DNA from: Marsupella aquatica
Lineage: Eukaryota > Plantae > Marchantiophyta
Reading direction: 5' to 3'
Length of the DNA stretch: 64,000 nt
NCBI GenBank assembly: GCA_973895155.1
Contig: OZ316892.1
Span: forward strand, 13,818,861-13,882,860
Within the stretch, counting starts at the first letter, position 1, and every line of letters begins with the position of its first letter. Below, piece after piece: positions 51,105 through 63,504 of this stretch. Under the pieces are notes generated by a model. That model saw only the letters and a program-made list of their open reading frames with translations, was not told the DNA's origin and did not search any database. A program made the position numbers and the translations under genes.

Positions 51105-53169
51105 TTCCCGCTCGCTCGTGATGCTGTTTGACTGTGGTGTCGTAATGGTTTGGATGAGTCTTGGCACGGTGCCAATTCGTACACACGAGATTGCGGTGTC
51201 CATGTTGGCGTGCGTCAATTGCTGACGCTCTCATTTGCGGAATCGGGCAATTGGCTACGGGGAGAGGCCTGGGGAGGCGGCGATTTACAATCGAGTGGAC
51301 TTTCGCAGAGGACTTGGTTTTGCTTTGGAGTTTTTGTGGCTTAGATGAGGAGTGTGGATGTGTTTAGGAGGAGGCCTTTCTAGTTTTGGCCCCGGGGCTG
51401 GTGATACGAGACGAGACGAGCCGAAGGTCTTACGCGACTTCGTCGATAGAGTGCCTGCCTGCGTCAAGACTGGTTCGGTTTGGGGTGTCTTTTGAGATCA
51501 GACCCGTGTTCGGTTCGGAGGAGGTTTTCGAGAAGTTCTCATCTGCGCCTTTGGCGTGATCCTGCTTCCGTTCTTGAACGCAGTCTTGATCGGCCTTGTG
51601 GTGATTCGTGGAGCGGGTTCCTCGCCTATGCTTCATCTTCGGTGAATTCGGGTGAGTTCTTTCTTCTCTTTCTTCTCTTGCTTCTCTCTCGCTTCTCTTT
51701 CTCTCTCTCTTTCTTTCTCCTCGCTCACAATTTGGTTTATACTATTTGCTTAATGTCCCTTGGGAATCTGCATAATTCAATGCCACACCACTACAAAATT
51801 AGTGAATATCGACAAGGATCCAGTCGGATTATTGGAGCGCGTACGTTCGAAGGGGTCTGTAGTTCATCAAAGAAAGGGAGATCAGGTACTCTAGGCGGCA
51901 ACAGAGGAGACTGAACTTGTTCAACTTAACATCATACAGAATAGGTCAATGAACTTAACTTCTACGGGGATTCAATCGATCGTTATGGAGCCAAATGTAT
52001 ACAAAGAGTGTCCACGGTCTATCGAAGGGAGACAAATCAGGTGGCTAGCCAAACAGGAGACCTAACTTTTCCAAAGTACAGTGTCGCAATCAACTCCACG
52101 AACGTTCGAATTAAAGCCAGGTGCTTGCCCCCGACCAAGAGGACGGAGAGACCAGTGCACACCAGACGAAGCAGACCAGTCTGAGAGCGCATGCTCCGCT
52201 AAAAAAATAAATCTCTACTATCCGCTACCCTCCCGCCCGCGAATTCAGTTACAGTGCTGCAGTGGCTGAACGTCACTACCGTATCACCCGGGCCGCATTG
52301 ATTGCACTGTGCACTGCTCAACGGGGTTCGTTTAAGGTGCTCAACAATGTATACTGTGGGTACCGCTGGCAGTGAATGCCCATATCATTTTTCGTGATTG
52401 CGCCCTCGTCCTGCTTGTCGCTCCCCGCATTGCTTGATATGTCCCTGGCCGCAACTGCTCCCTGGACCGGGTCACATGACTTGAATTTTTCCGTCGCTGC
52501 TTCCCTAAGGAAGCTTCTTATTCACTGCTACAGTATGACTCTGTATCCATTCAATCGAGGAACCACTATATCCGATCACCGGCGGAGAAGAGATGCTGAA
52601 AGCAGGATCAGAATTACTTTGCCGGTTTACATTATTGAAGATGGAGGTCAGGTCTTAGCGTGATTACAATCTTCGCTTCAGTAAACTACCAAGCATTTGC
52701 GTTTAGGTTGCTCAGGAAAGTATGAGCAGTTTAGGTTATACTGATGATTTTGGGACTGTCTTTCGGCGAGAGTTCAGTCTAAAAATTGAGTTCCTATAAT
52801 TGACGCTGGAGGGATGTTGGAAGTCCACATCGTAAGACAGGCACATGCCTTTCAGATCCTCTGTTACCTGGGTGCATGATTTGAGCACAACATAGTCCTT
52901 AATGTGGTTTGCGTACTTGAACTCAAATGAATGACTGGTTCGGAGTTCCCGGACGGAGAGTGCATGACTCTGTTGTGCTCAAAGCATGCACCCAACAGTT
53001 TCTTTGGCATTGCGACACTCTTCCATGGTTAATTTCGTGAGTTCCAAGTTGTGGTCTGGCGCAGTGTTCCAGTTATCATTGGACTATTCATACGATATGT
53101 GGTATTACGTCAGCCGTAGTCAAAAGTTTGTTGGCAAAATCCTTGTTACATCGGGTTGTGCACTGACAC
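51105..53169 (+). repeat. Copy B of the ~2-kb non-coding duplication; probable 5'UTR exon and intron of the CHY-RING gene
   Basis: Colinear with 25835-27772. It lies between an upstream donor (GA|GTAAGT at 51062) and the acceptor (CAG| at ~53623) before the CDS, with an internal donor G|GTGAGT at ~51652. Confidence 0.9.
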
Positions 53170-53641
53170 GTAGTTGAATCTGTGACTCTTCTTGAAGAGA
53201 GTGTGCTTCTGGGCTTCATCAGAGTAGCGTTGTTCTGTGCTTAGTCCTGATCTACCTATAGGACTACAATGTCGGTTGTAGTAATTGGGCGGCCGGAAGG
53301 ATTGACGGCTCCTTTTCTTGCCGAGGACTATCTTGCAAGAACGGATCATGCTGAGCCGTCGGGACAGGTACTTCGCCTCTCCAGTGGCTGTCTTCTGCTG
53401 ATGAATCATTCCTGACAAGTTTTTGTGGCTATTTGCACGTCATCTTCGACATCTACGATTCAAACTTGATGGCATATGTCGGCCGCTTTTTGAGATGAGC
53501 CAGTTCCTAATTTAGTGTCGAACTCAACTCTGTCAAGGGCAGGGTGCGCTTTTGTGTAACAAGAAACACGGGGTCTTCCAGTGAAGAAGCGTCATTCCTT
53601 ACAGTGATATTGTCCTGTTTCAGGAGAATCGTCTTTACCAG

Positions 53642-56600
53642 ATGGTCCAAAATCTGGATTTGGAAAGTGGACCAGAAGAATCAAGTGTTTGTGGATCTTC
53701 CTGCGGAACTAGTCATTCTCACAGGAGTCCATCCCTTGAGATTGTAACGGAGCAATCCAAGCGAGAATCTTTTGGTCACTTGAAATATGGGTCAGCTTGT
53801 ATCCCTGCCCCTTTTCTAGTAGTTTCCATACTAAGATTGAATAGTCATGAATGCTTCTCCTGTGAGAGTCCTCTTTTGAATTTTGTTAAAGTTTTGAACT
53901 ACTCCAAATGGGATGTAGCAAAGGCGAGACTGGCTTGTGTAGAAATGGTTCCGAAAATTCTGAGCCCTCATCTCGGCTATAAGGGTTGACTTCTCACGCA
54001 AGGCAACTTACGTTCTTCCTCTTGACCAGGTGTTCTCATTACAAAAGGAGATGTCGTATCCGGGCTCCTTGCTGTGGAGAAGTCTTTGACTGCCGTCACT
54101 GTCATAATGAAGTCAAGGTAGGCTGATCTAATTCGCCTTATTTTCGCACCTTCATTCCAATCTGTAGCGTTGGTAGCTGTTCCTGTTTACATCTTGGCTT
54201 GCCTCAGGGCCCCATTGATGTCAATGTCCCCTGAGGTGCTGTTTTTTGTCAATGATTGTTTAACAGAACGCAAACGAGCAGAACCCCAAGAAGCGCCATG
54301 ATTTACCTCGCCATGCAGTGGAATCGGTATGTGTTTATGAGTTCTAAATTTTGTAACATAGCTTTGCTGTGCCTTTGTTGCACGATGCTTGTGATGTATC
54401 TTGCTATATTGCTGACCAATTGTTTATGATACTGTAGGTGATTTGCTCTATCTGCTCCACTGAACAAGAGGTGCACCTCAAGTCTCAACTCTTTACTGTT
54501 TGGTTTACCTTTTTCTTAGAGCTTCCATAGCTGTCTGAGAGCTCAGAATTCCTACTCTGGGTTTCGATTTTTTCTTTTAATTTGTAGTGTTTCCTATCTT
54601 TGTCAAGAAATTTATAGTTACTCCAAGCTCCTCCTGGGGCGCTTGACTTACTTTAATTCTGATTCTGGACTTCCTTCAGGTGCAACAAATTTGCAATAAT
54701 TGTGGAGTGTGCATGGGAGAATATTTTTGTGGCAAGTGCAAGTTCTTTGACGATGAGGTAAAAGCATCGTAGATGCCTTCGAAAAATTGTTTAGGACTGT
54801 TATTCGCTGTTCTCAGTCAAATTACCTGGCAATGCTTTTTACAGAAGCGTAAAGTTCTTGCATGGGTTGTCATGGACGTCACTGTTGGAAGCTTTGTAGC
54901 TCCCACCTCGAAACAGGTTGCTTAAATCGCAATTTCATGAACTCATATCGAATTGAGATTTTTTAATATTTGGTGCAGATGACGAAGGGGCAATATCATT
55001 GTGATGCTTGTGGAATCTGCAGGTATTTCTCGTGCCAGAATTTTTCTTGTTGGTACCTTTGTTCCTGGTTTATTAGTTTGACAACATCTGCAATTGTCTC
55101 CTTTGGTCGTGCGCTGAATCTTTTCTCAAGGCAGGGGACGTGACCTCTCATGATGTGGGTCTGCAGAATCGGAGGTCGTGACAAGTTTTTTCACTGCCAA
55201 AGATGTGGTACGTCTATTCAAAGCTTTTCATGTAAAATGGCTGGATGTTAACCTCTAAGGTTGAGTTTGAATAGTTTTAGTTGTCACAGGGATGGTAAAA
55301 ATTCAAATTTGACAGCTTTCTTAGTGCTTAAAGCCTGCAGTGTTCTTGGTTGTTTGACTTAAGTACTTATTTTCACTGTGTTGTGTGGTTCAACAAACCC
55401 ATTATTTCACATAGCGGTCCATCTCTACCATTTGATAAACCCATACACCTACCTGCCCGTCATCCAGCACATAGTGCTTTCATGGAAGGTCACTCATACG
55501 CCTCTGCCATAGTTGCGTGATATATTCAACCTGGAAAATGACATTCGAGCCGCTGAAAGTCTTTAATATGTTCGATAGATGTTCAGTGAAGAAGTATTAA
55601 CGAAGCAATTTCCGGTAGTGTTCATGTTTAATCTGTACATTCATTTCTGTAGGTTTTGTTGTCGTTGCCAGGTTGCTGCTATTCAGTTGTTTTGCAAAAG
55701 GGTCATCCTTGTGTAGAGAAGGCAATGCACCACAATTGTCCTGTCTGCTTTGAGGTAACTGGATCCCTTTGATCAAAGTGTTTATAACTGTTCGGACATT
55801 TAATTTGGCCTCATTAATGGAACTTGTATTGGCCTTTATAAACTTCATATTTCAAGCTTTGTGAAGTTTCTCTGAGTGATCTGCTGGTGATCATGAGGCT
55901 GGATGAGGATACTTATGCTCATAACCGACAATGCAGTATCTATTCGATTCAATGAAGGATATCACGGTGATGGCATGTGGTCACACTATGCACTTAGAGT
56001 GTTTTAACGAGATGCAGAGACATACTCAGTAAGTTACTGGCTCCCAACTGGTACCCTTGCTTCAGAGGACAGTCCGCCCCTCCTGTTTCTAGGTTTGGCA
56101 AAGAACTGAATTGAATTTCCTAAGAGTTTTGCATAGAGTCTAGGTAAAGGGGTTCAAAGGTAGGTTTACTCACAGTTGATCTCTTGTGGTGGTTTTTATA
56201 ACTCCCCCCCCCCCCCCCCACATTGGACAGCAGGTTGGCATAGGTTGTAGAAGTAAGATGAACCTATACCAATCTAAAATCTTCCATTCTTAAATCTTGG
56301 CAGGTTTTCATGCCCTTTGTGCTCAAAGTCAACCTGCGACATGACTAAATATTGGGAGCAATTAGACCGAGAGGTTGCTGCGACTCCAATGCCAGAGGCT
56401 TATCAGAACAAGATGGTGAGTTGTTATCCACTGGTTTTAGGGTGTTTTGATTCTAATTGCTTTTTTGAAGTAAATACGCCTCGCTAACCTTTAGTGTACG
56501 TGAATTAGGATGATCCGGGAAAGAAGAATGAAAGTCTCTAACAAACAAGAAATCTCCAATTGCAGGTTTGGATATTGTGTAATGATTGCGGTGTGACCAG

Positions 56601-56697
56601 CAAAGTTTTATTCCACATTATTGCACACAAGTGTGGTCAATGCCATTCCTACAACACACGGCAGACGAAGGGTAGGCCCGATCAAGGACTAGAGTGA
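53642..56697 (+). CDS. CHY-type/CTCHY-type/RING-type zinc-finger E3 ubiquitin ligase (Pirh2/RCHY1 family; RZFP34/CHYR1/MIEL1-like)
   Basis: Exons 53642-53790, 54030-54117, 54267-54326, 54438-54470, 54680-54757, 54979-55022, 55167-55207, 55672-55754, 55937-56028, 56304-56415, 56566-56697 (TGA). Motifs: [57 protein letters not shown]2 CPVCFE..CGHTMH..C..CPLC, and [20 protein letters not shown]. Confidence 0.95.
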
Positions 56698-57949
56698 CCT
56701 TGTTCAACGTAAGCTTGTAGACCTGGCACTCTTCAAGGAAATTATTTATGTGTTTCTAACACGGGTACTTAATTGGATTGAATTAAATCTGACATGTGAC
56801 CTAACAGTAGCGTAGTTACAGGTGGATGATGAACGATCCATTAGGGGGTAGATGATTTGCCCTGCTAGGGAGGTCCATTTGTATTATAATTTTGAATGTT
56901 CATTCTTTTGGAGGGACCTGCGGTTCTGGAGAATTAATATTTTTACGAAGTCCTGGGTTGCACCAAGGAGAAGCCAGACCGATATTGAATGAACATATGT
57001 CGTAGCCCTGAGTCAAAGCTGAGATTCACGTTTCTGGTGTGATTTCTGTAATGTGAATCCCTGTTCACATGTCGTACGAAAGGTTACGCACGTTACCAAG
57101 ATTTTTTTAAAACTTTGTTTCCTTTACGGTTAGGCGTACCCGGAGCTGCCTTTCCTCTGAACTGTCATCGCCAACAGAATATTATTGTCCCCATCGCCCT
57201 GTAATATGCATTCCGGATATCATGTTCGATTAGTCCATTAGTACACCCGTGGATTGACCTAACCTGTAGAACAAAGCTCGTTTGTAGGTTCGAGTACAGT
57301 CTACCTTGCGACGAAGGTAATGATGTTCGTAATGTCCATTAAAAGTCAGCCCACTATCTCTACCCGTATTGAGGGCACTCATTGTCCTTGGTCAAGTCTC
57401 CTGGGATCTTCCTAGAAAATTCGCCCACCTCGTCTCTAATCTCCAGGAGAAGGTTGCGATTCCTGGTTTCTTGTGGCGAAGCGAGGATGTTGGTTCAATA
57501 TGTCTCTAAGCAGAAGTTCAGGCAGGAGGGGAGGGATGTGTCTGTTCTGTGCGTGTGTAATCGCATTGCGTGCATACATCGAAATGACAAGACGAGCGAG
57601 GACACGAATAGGAAGTCCCGTTTGTGAGATTTTTCGTGCGTTTTGCACATCAAGTCATGCCACAATACTCAACCGCAAGCAACCGAGAAGAAAGAAAGTG
57701 CTACGGACTGTAGATACAAAAGGGTAATACAAACCCAACGTGGAAAATCTGGGCCCACCATGTGAATTTAAATTCAGTTGGAAATGAGGCCTCGTTCCCG
57801 TGGTTATCTTGGTCGCAGATCCGTCTCAAATTTGTTGATGACCGTAGGTTCTAATTAACAGGGACACCCAGTTCATTTCGTTCAAGTGCAGCCAACCTTT
57901 AGCGTTCTGAGGAACAGAACCTAACGTATGTTCGAGAGTCTGCAGCAGT

Positions 57950-58590
57950 TCAATTGAAATTGATGAGAGTTCAATTGAAATTGATAAGAAGTCTGGCCTG
58001 TCATGAGCGGCGGAGGTGGCGTGGTCCCCAGTTCCCCAACTGCGGCCCTAGGGCCCTCTTGCATGTGGTGGTCTTGAGAAAGTCGGCCCTTCAAATGATC
58101 AGGTGACATCTTTCGATCGAGCGAGTCTTTCATGTTGTTCCCCCTTCCAGAGCCAGTCCTCATGGCAATACTTGAGCACTCTCAAAAGGAAGGGCTGGAA
58201 GGGGCAGTAGATCAATTGAAATTGATGGGTCTGGCCTGTCATGAGCGGCGGAGGTAGCATGGTCCCCAGTTCCCTGACGTCTTAGGGCCGTTGTGCATGT
58301 GGTGGCATCTTTGGATTGAGCGAGTATTTCGTGTAGTTCCCCCTTCCAGAGCCACTCCACACAGGCCCTTAAGTTAGTTGATGGCCAACTATGAGTGAAC
58401 AAGACTTTCATGCTCTGCTAAAAAATGACTTAGGGCGGTGCTACATTTGTGAGGAGGTCCTAAAAAAATAGGCCCTTAAGTTAATTGATGGCCATGTATG
58501 AGTGAACTAGCCTTTCATGCCCTCGTACAACAATTGGTCAGAAAGTTACTTGAGCACCGCCATGTATGAGTGAATGAGACTTTCATGCCT
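57950..58590. repeat. Imperfect ~240-bp tandem duplication plus shorter repeats
   Basis: TCAATTGAAATTGAT..GTCTGGCCTGTCATGAGCGGCGGAGGT..TGGTCCCCAGTTCCC..CCCCTTCCAGAGCCA occurs twice. AGGCCCTTAAGTTA.TTGATGGCCA..TATGAGTGAAC occurs twice, plus a partial copy. Confidence 0.85.
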
Positions 58591-60444
58591 CAACCCCCTC
58601 ATGAAGCAAGCCTGATGTCAACATTTCAGCAGATCCAAGGGCATGGGCCTGAAACTTTCCGGCCCTTCACTAGCCTGCAGGCAACATTTGAGCAGATCCA
58701 AGGGCAAGAGCAGAAAACTTTCTGGCCCTTCACATCCCTAACTTTTGAATGCAACAAAAGATCTCACGTTACAAATGTTCTTAACTGTGAGAGTTCCTTC
58801 ATACTGCTCTTTGAAATCTGGATGTAGAAACAACCATGGACACAAAGGCTTTGGCACTTCACACGTTGCAGTGTAGCAACCCACTTTTTCCCAACAATAC
58901 AGAAGTGTTAAGGGCCATAAAAGAGAGGACACTTCACATGGAAGACCGCTCGTAGCTGGCCAGTCGGTTACTCATGGGAGGCATGGAAATAGAGAGACAG
59001 TCCCTGAGCACTAAACTCACCAAATGAATGTTTTCATTTTTGCACCAGTATCAAGTAAAATCAGTTTCGTCTGGACATTGTCTGCATTTGAACCTGACGA
59101 GGTCTTGCAACGATCAAGATTAGTCTTCACCTGAAAACTGGATACTGGAACAATAGTATCTGCCGGAGAAGACTATATTTCTCTGATGAAGGAACAACTT
59201 GGAACACAGTCATCTAGGGTTATCTTGGGCTGCTTATGTTGGAGTTTTTGTCAATGCTAGTTGTTAATGACAAGCAGAAAGTAAGAAAATTCTCATCATT
59301 ATTCTATCATTATTCTAATAATCATGGCAAGTGGAAACAGAGTCAAAAGACCATAAGTGTAGTATGCTCATGATGTGGGAAAGAAAGGTTATAAAGAGCA
59401 ACTTTTATAGAGTACAAGCACCTATTTTCTTGCATGATATAAATCTATGTAATAAATTTTACTTTGACATGTTATTGTCTTGTGAAGAAAGCTACCTTTC
59501 TCCATTATGTAGAGATGGTAGGTATAACTGAACAAAAATAGGTTGGATAGAAGATTTATTCATGTTGTATTCAATGTTTGATGTCTAATAGGCTGGGCTT
59601 GTGCAGGTTGGTGGGAGGCTTGGTTCATGATTATTTTGGTGTGCCTAGGGAGGAGTTCATAGTGGGGTTTATAGGACACTTCACTCCCGATTGGAGAAAT
59701 GTTTTGGGGTTTAGGGTTTTCTAAGATTTGGTTGCAAGGCTGAAGGGAAGCATTCAAGCTTGGGGCGAACATCATGTGACAGGGTGGTTATTTTTGTAGG
59801 GCTTAACATCATGTGACTTAGGTAAGAGTACATAATGGTATGAGTTGCATGTTTCATTTAATAGCTACATTTTTTTAACGATCCATTAGTTGTGGATCCT
59901 GAAGCCTATCATTGCACTTTCTCTATTTGAACATTTTGCTCCTGGTTACTAAACAAACTTGGGAGAGCTTAGAACTTATTTGACAATCAATAGCAAGCTC
60001 AACTTTTTGACAGCACCTGAAATATATGCTTGATTTCTCTGTTGTCTGTTGTGTTCAAGCAGGTGTGATTGCCAAATGAACACCTGTGTGATAAGCCCAT
60101 ATCAAATAGTGACTCAGTCCAAAACTTCACCTTCCGCACTTGATTTTCACGCATGTACTATTGATTGTGATGTTTTACAACATTCCTATTAAATTCAAAT
60201 CTAACGGTAATTTACTAATTGACCAGAAAACTGGAGCTTTCTATTTGGCTAGTAAATATTTTTTCAAATATTCTCTACCTAAGACACTCTGCTACAAAGA
60301 AAGGCATAAGGAGACTTTTGGTTGAGAGGGTTTTCTTTTTATCCACTTCCAATAGAACTAGCACAAAGAATATCAACAACTGATAGCACTCTCAACAGAA
60401 CAAGACATAATTAAGTACATTAAAAATAAAAAGGCTACATTCAA

Positions 60445-60845
60445 GCTAAGGCATCCCGGTGCACACATTGGTAAGGTTTGGTGTGCTTTTTGAACCCAAC
60501 TGTAACTTAAAACTTGATTAGGTTACAAGTTAAGGCATGGTGGTGCACACATATGCAAGGGTTGGTGTACTGTTTGACCCCATTCACTTTACAATTGACA
60601 AGGTTATAAGTCAAAGCATTCTGGTGCACACATACACAACTGTTTGACCCAACTTTTGACTTTAAGATTGTTAAGCTTACAAGTTAAGACATTCAGGTGC
60701 ACATTGGCAAGGATTTGTGTAATGTTTGACCCCAGTTGTAACTTTAAAATTGATATGGTTACAAGTTAAGGTTGTTTGGTGCACATGTTGGCAAGGGTTG
60801 GTGTAGTGCTTGACCTTAATTGTAACCTTAAAATTGATGAGGTAT
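60445..60845. repeat. Degenerate ~80-bp tandem array, 5 units
   Basis: GGTGCACA occurs at ~60458, 60542, 60623, 60696 and 60778, each followed by TTTGACCC..TAACTT..AAATTGAT..GTTACAAGTTAAG-like sequence. Confidence 0.85.
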
Positions 60846-61919
60846 GGCTGACATTTCAATGAGCCCAACACTAAAGTAACATCACTTGAGCATAAGTTTT
60901 CAAGAACAATTTTCCATAATTAAAAATTGCACAAAGATGGCCTAAATTATGAACGGCTTCAACTCAGTCAGCTTAGGGAAAGTCAACCTAGGGTAAGCTC
61001 TGCCTAACAGAAAGTTGAGGTATAGTTTCGTAATTTTCAACTCACAATTTAGAACTTTGTTTCAGCTAATATTTTAACCACACATTTCCCTCAGTTTTCT
61101 CCATCTCTCAACCCGGCTTTCCATGACTTTCAGCTCATTTCATTGAGTAGGGTGAAAATGAAAAATGCTCTATTGTCTTGATTTTGGCCCAGGATTTGGG
61201 CTTTGTTTGTTTGACTTAGTTGCCTTCGTTGGCCTTGGGTTAGAGTAAGGTCAGCTTAAGGTAGATTCAGGGCATCATTTGTTTTTCTAAATCATTCTTC
61301 AGAACTTTTCTTGAACTCAAAGTTTTAACCAGTCAGAGATTCCCCTAGCCCTCCTCTATCTCTAAACACATTTTTAGTCCATTTGATTCCGTAAGGAGAA
61401 AATGAAAAATTGCAAGCATTCAATTTATTTTGGTTCCTGACTTCAATTTACTCAGCTTAGGTACAGCTGGTTTATGGTAAGATAAAGTTGGAATATCAAT
61501 CTATTTATGGACCCCCATTAGGGGTCCTTTCCAAAATTCCAGGCACCACAGCGTGCCACATCATTATGATGCGCAACAAACAGTACTAGTCTTTGTTGGG
61601 AATCATAATAACTGTCACCTTTTTGTTTGCGCCAATTTAGGAGAAAATTCTTGGTCACCGTGACGTAAAACTGTTGAGTATTGCTCTTAGTCTTGTGACT
61701 CTAAACCCCAATTTAAGGAATACTGAAGTATTAGATTAATTCCAATTTTATCTAAATATTATAAGTTAATGAATGATCAACCTCTTTAACATTTGGTGGG
61801 ATAGTCAAAAACTTCAAATGTTTTGTTGCAAGATCTTTATGACAATGCATCACTAAATGACATCAAGTACCTCTTGATCCATGCACAAATCCTTAATTAA
61901 ACTGTTATTCATTGTTTCA

Positions 61920-62448
61920 ATTGTCTATTTAATTACTATAGGGTTGAATACAAAAAAGATTGACCACCCTTTACAACAATTAATAGGATTGTTGTATATT
62001 ACAATGTCTACTGGACATTCATTTGAATGTCAATAATATCATGCCTTAATATCACCAAACTAAGGCCCCACTGTCTAACTAATATTATATCTTAAATAAA
62101 CTAACCAACTAACTAACTTGTCTATTTAATTACTATAGGGTTGAATACAAAAAAAGATTGACACGCACCAGGGTGCGTGACCTACAATCATAGTATCACC
62201 CTTTAATTAGTTAGTTTCTATTGCTTTGACTCAATCAGGCATGGAACCATATAAAATCAGAAATCATTGAAAGTTGAGTTCACTTGAAGGTGTAACAATA
62301 ATTATTATTTATTAATAGGATTGTTGTATATTACAATGTCTACTGGACATTCATTTGAATGTCAATAATATCATGCCTTAATATCACCAAACTAAGGCCC
62401 CACTAACTAATATTATATCTTAAATAAACTAACCAACTAACTAACTTA
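61920..62448. repeat. Near-perfect direct duplications
   Basis: A ~135-bp block TAATAGGATTGTTGTATATTACAATG...CTAACCAACTAACTAACTT occurs at ~61981 and ~62312. TTGTCTATTTAATTACTATAGGGTTGAATACAAAAAAGATTGAC occurs at ~61921 and ~62118. Confidence 0.9.
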
Positions 62449-62541
62449 GACGATAAGACTTGTCTAAACTTGAGTTCTCTGGCTACTACTATTCTGAGTT
62501 GCCTTTTAAACTGTATGCTAAACTACATGCTTCATTACTGT

Positions 62542-63504
62542 CTAGGATTTGTCACTTGCTATGCATGTCAAGAGATAGTCTCTTGCCTTGGCAGCAACAT
62601 TCTTTGGAATTCCTACCAGCCCTGTCACTGGTCCTTTGCGTGCTTTGAAACACCACAAGGCAGAGGAAACATCTATTGTCTCAGCTTCCTTGTATATTGG
62701 AGTTGGATCACGTTCCCATTTTTTATCCCAAGAATCTGCCCACCGCTCTCTTGGCTGCCAGCCTGATTGACCACGTTGCTTCTTTGCCATAAATGGTCTA
62801 AACCACTCAACGCCACATACATGAGTAAGAAGGTTTTGTTCATTCACTGGTCCTTCTACCACATCTGTAACAACTAACCCCATATGGACGGGATAAACAT
62901 CCAGGTCTGCGTCGTCCGGTCGTACCAACACATAACAGCCCTTCACAACATCAACCCTAGGGTTAAAACTCTCAGGAGGTTTATCTTTTGCTGGTCCCAC
63001 ATAATCCACTGTTGCCTCCAACTCACATGCCACATTTCGATATTCTTGTGGAACGTGCTCTCTCCATATTGATAAAGGCCAAAACCCGTATTCCAAGTTG
63101 TGTGCACCTTCAAGTTCATATTGCACCTGCTCACCCTGTAGAGTATCTACAATGTCATTCCAATAATTGATGAGAGTTGTCCAACGTCGCTTTGGTTCTT
63201 CCTCTTTTGTTCGCTTTAGAATAAACTCAAAGAATGACACATGCTTCTTCAACCCTATCAGCACTTCAGGAAGCATTTTCAACTCCATCATTGGTAGCCG
63301 TTTGGGCACCCCAATTGGGATGTGAGGACTTTTGTCATCTTTCCATGACCACATTTCAATACCTTCCTTGGGTAACCATCCCTGATCAGTTGACTTCATT
63401 TTGTATTGGAAGCATGGCATACTATCAATATATTGGATTATATTGATAAGGCGAATCTTTGGAGGAAAAATGTGACCATTCGTACTCAGGGTAATCCTGA
63501 CCAT
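62542..63504 (-). CDS. Intronless 320-codon ORF, probably the C-terminal part of a transposon-derived protein (5'-truncated)
   Basis: This is the longest ORF in the window and has protein-like composition (MPCFQYK..GWLP..GIEMW; YGFWP; YVGP..FNP..DV..G.YVLVRP; VEWFRP; W..KWERDP). From recall it resembles C-termini of repetitive bryophyte TE-like proteins with an upstream DUF7869-type domain; this is unverified. It is embedded in repeats. Confidence 0.5.
   Translation of the reverse strand: MVRITLSTNGHIFPPKIRLINIIQYIDSMPCFQYKMKSTDQGWLPKEGIEMWSWKDDKSPHIPIGVPKRLPMMELKMLPEVLIGLKKHVSFFEFILKRTKEEEPKRRWTTLINYWNDIVDTLQGEQVQYELEGAHNLEYGFWPLSIWREHVPQEYRNVACELEATVDYVGPAKDKPPESFNPRVDVVKGCYVLVRPDDADLDVYPVHMGLVVTDVVEGPVNEQNLLTHVCGVEWFRPFMAKKQRGQSGWQPRERWADSWDKKWERDPTPIYKEAETIDVSSALWCFKARKGPVTGLVGIPKNVAAKARDYLLTCIASDKS

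Noticed and set aside
50590-51234. 214-aa minus-strand ORF
   Set aside because: It is antisense to the GC-rich, simple-repeat-containing 5' leader of the CHY-RING gene and has no recognisable domain.
54208-54235. Possible poison micro-exon in a CHY-RING intron
   Set aside because: The downstream intron would be only ~31 nt, too short to splice.
57281-57306. tRNA T-arm-like GGTTCGAG
   Set aside because: No cloverleaf or A-box can be built around it; no tRNA or rRNA gene was found in the window.
62160-62197. Helitron 3' terminus
   Set aside because: A hairpin is present but is followed by ATAG rather than CTRR, and no matching 5' TC end or Rep/helicase sequence was seen.
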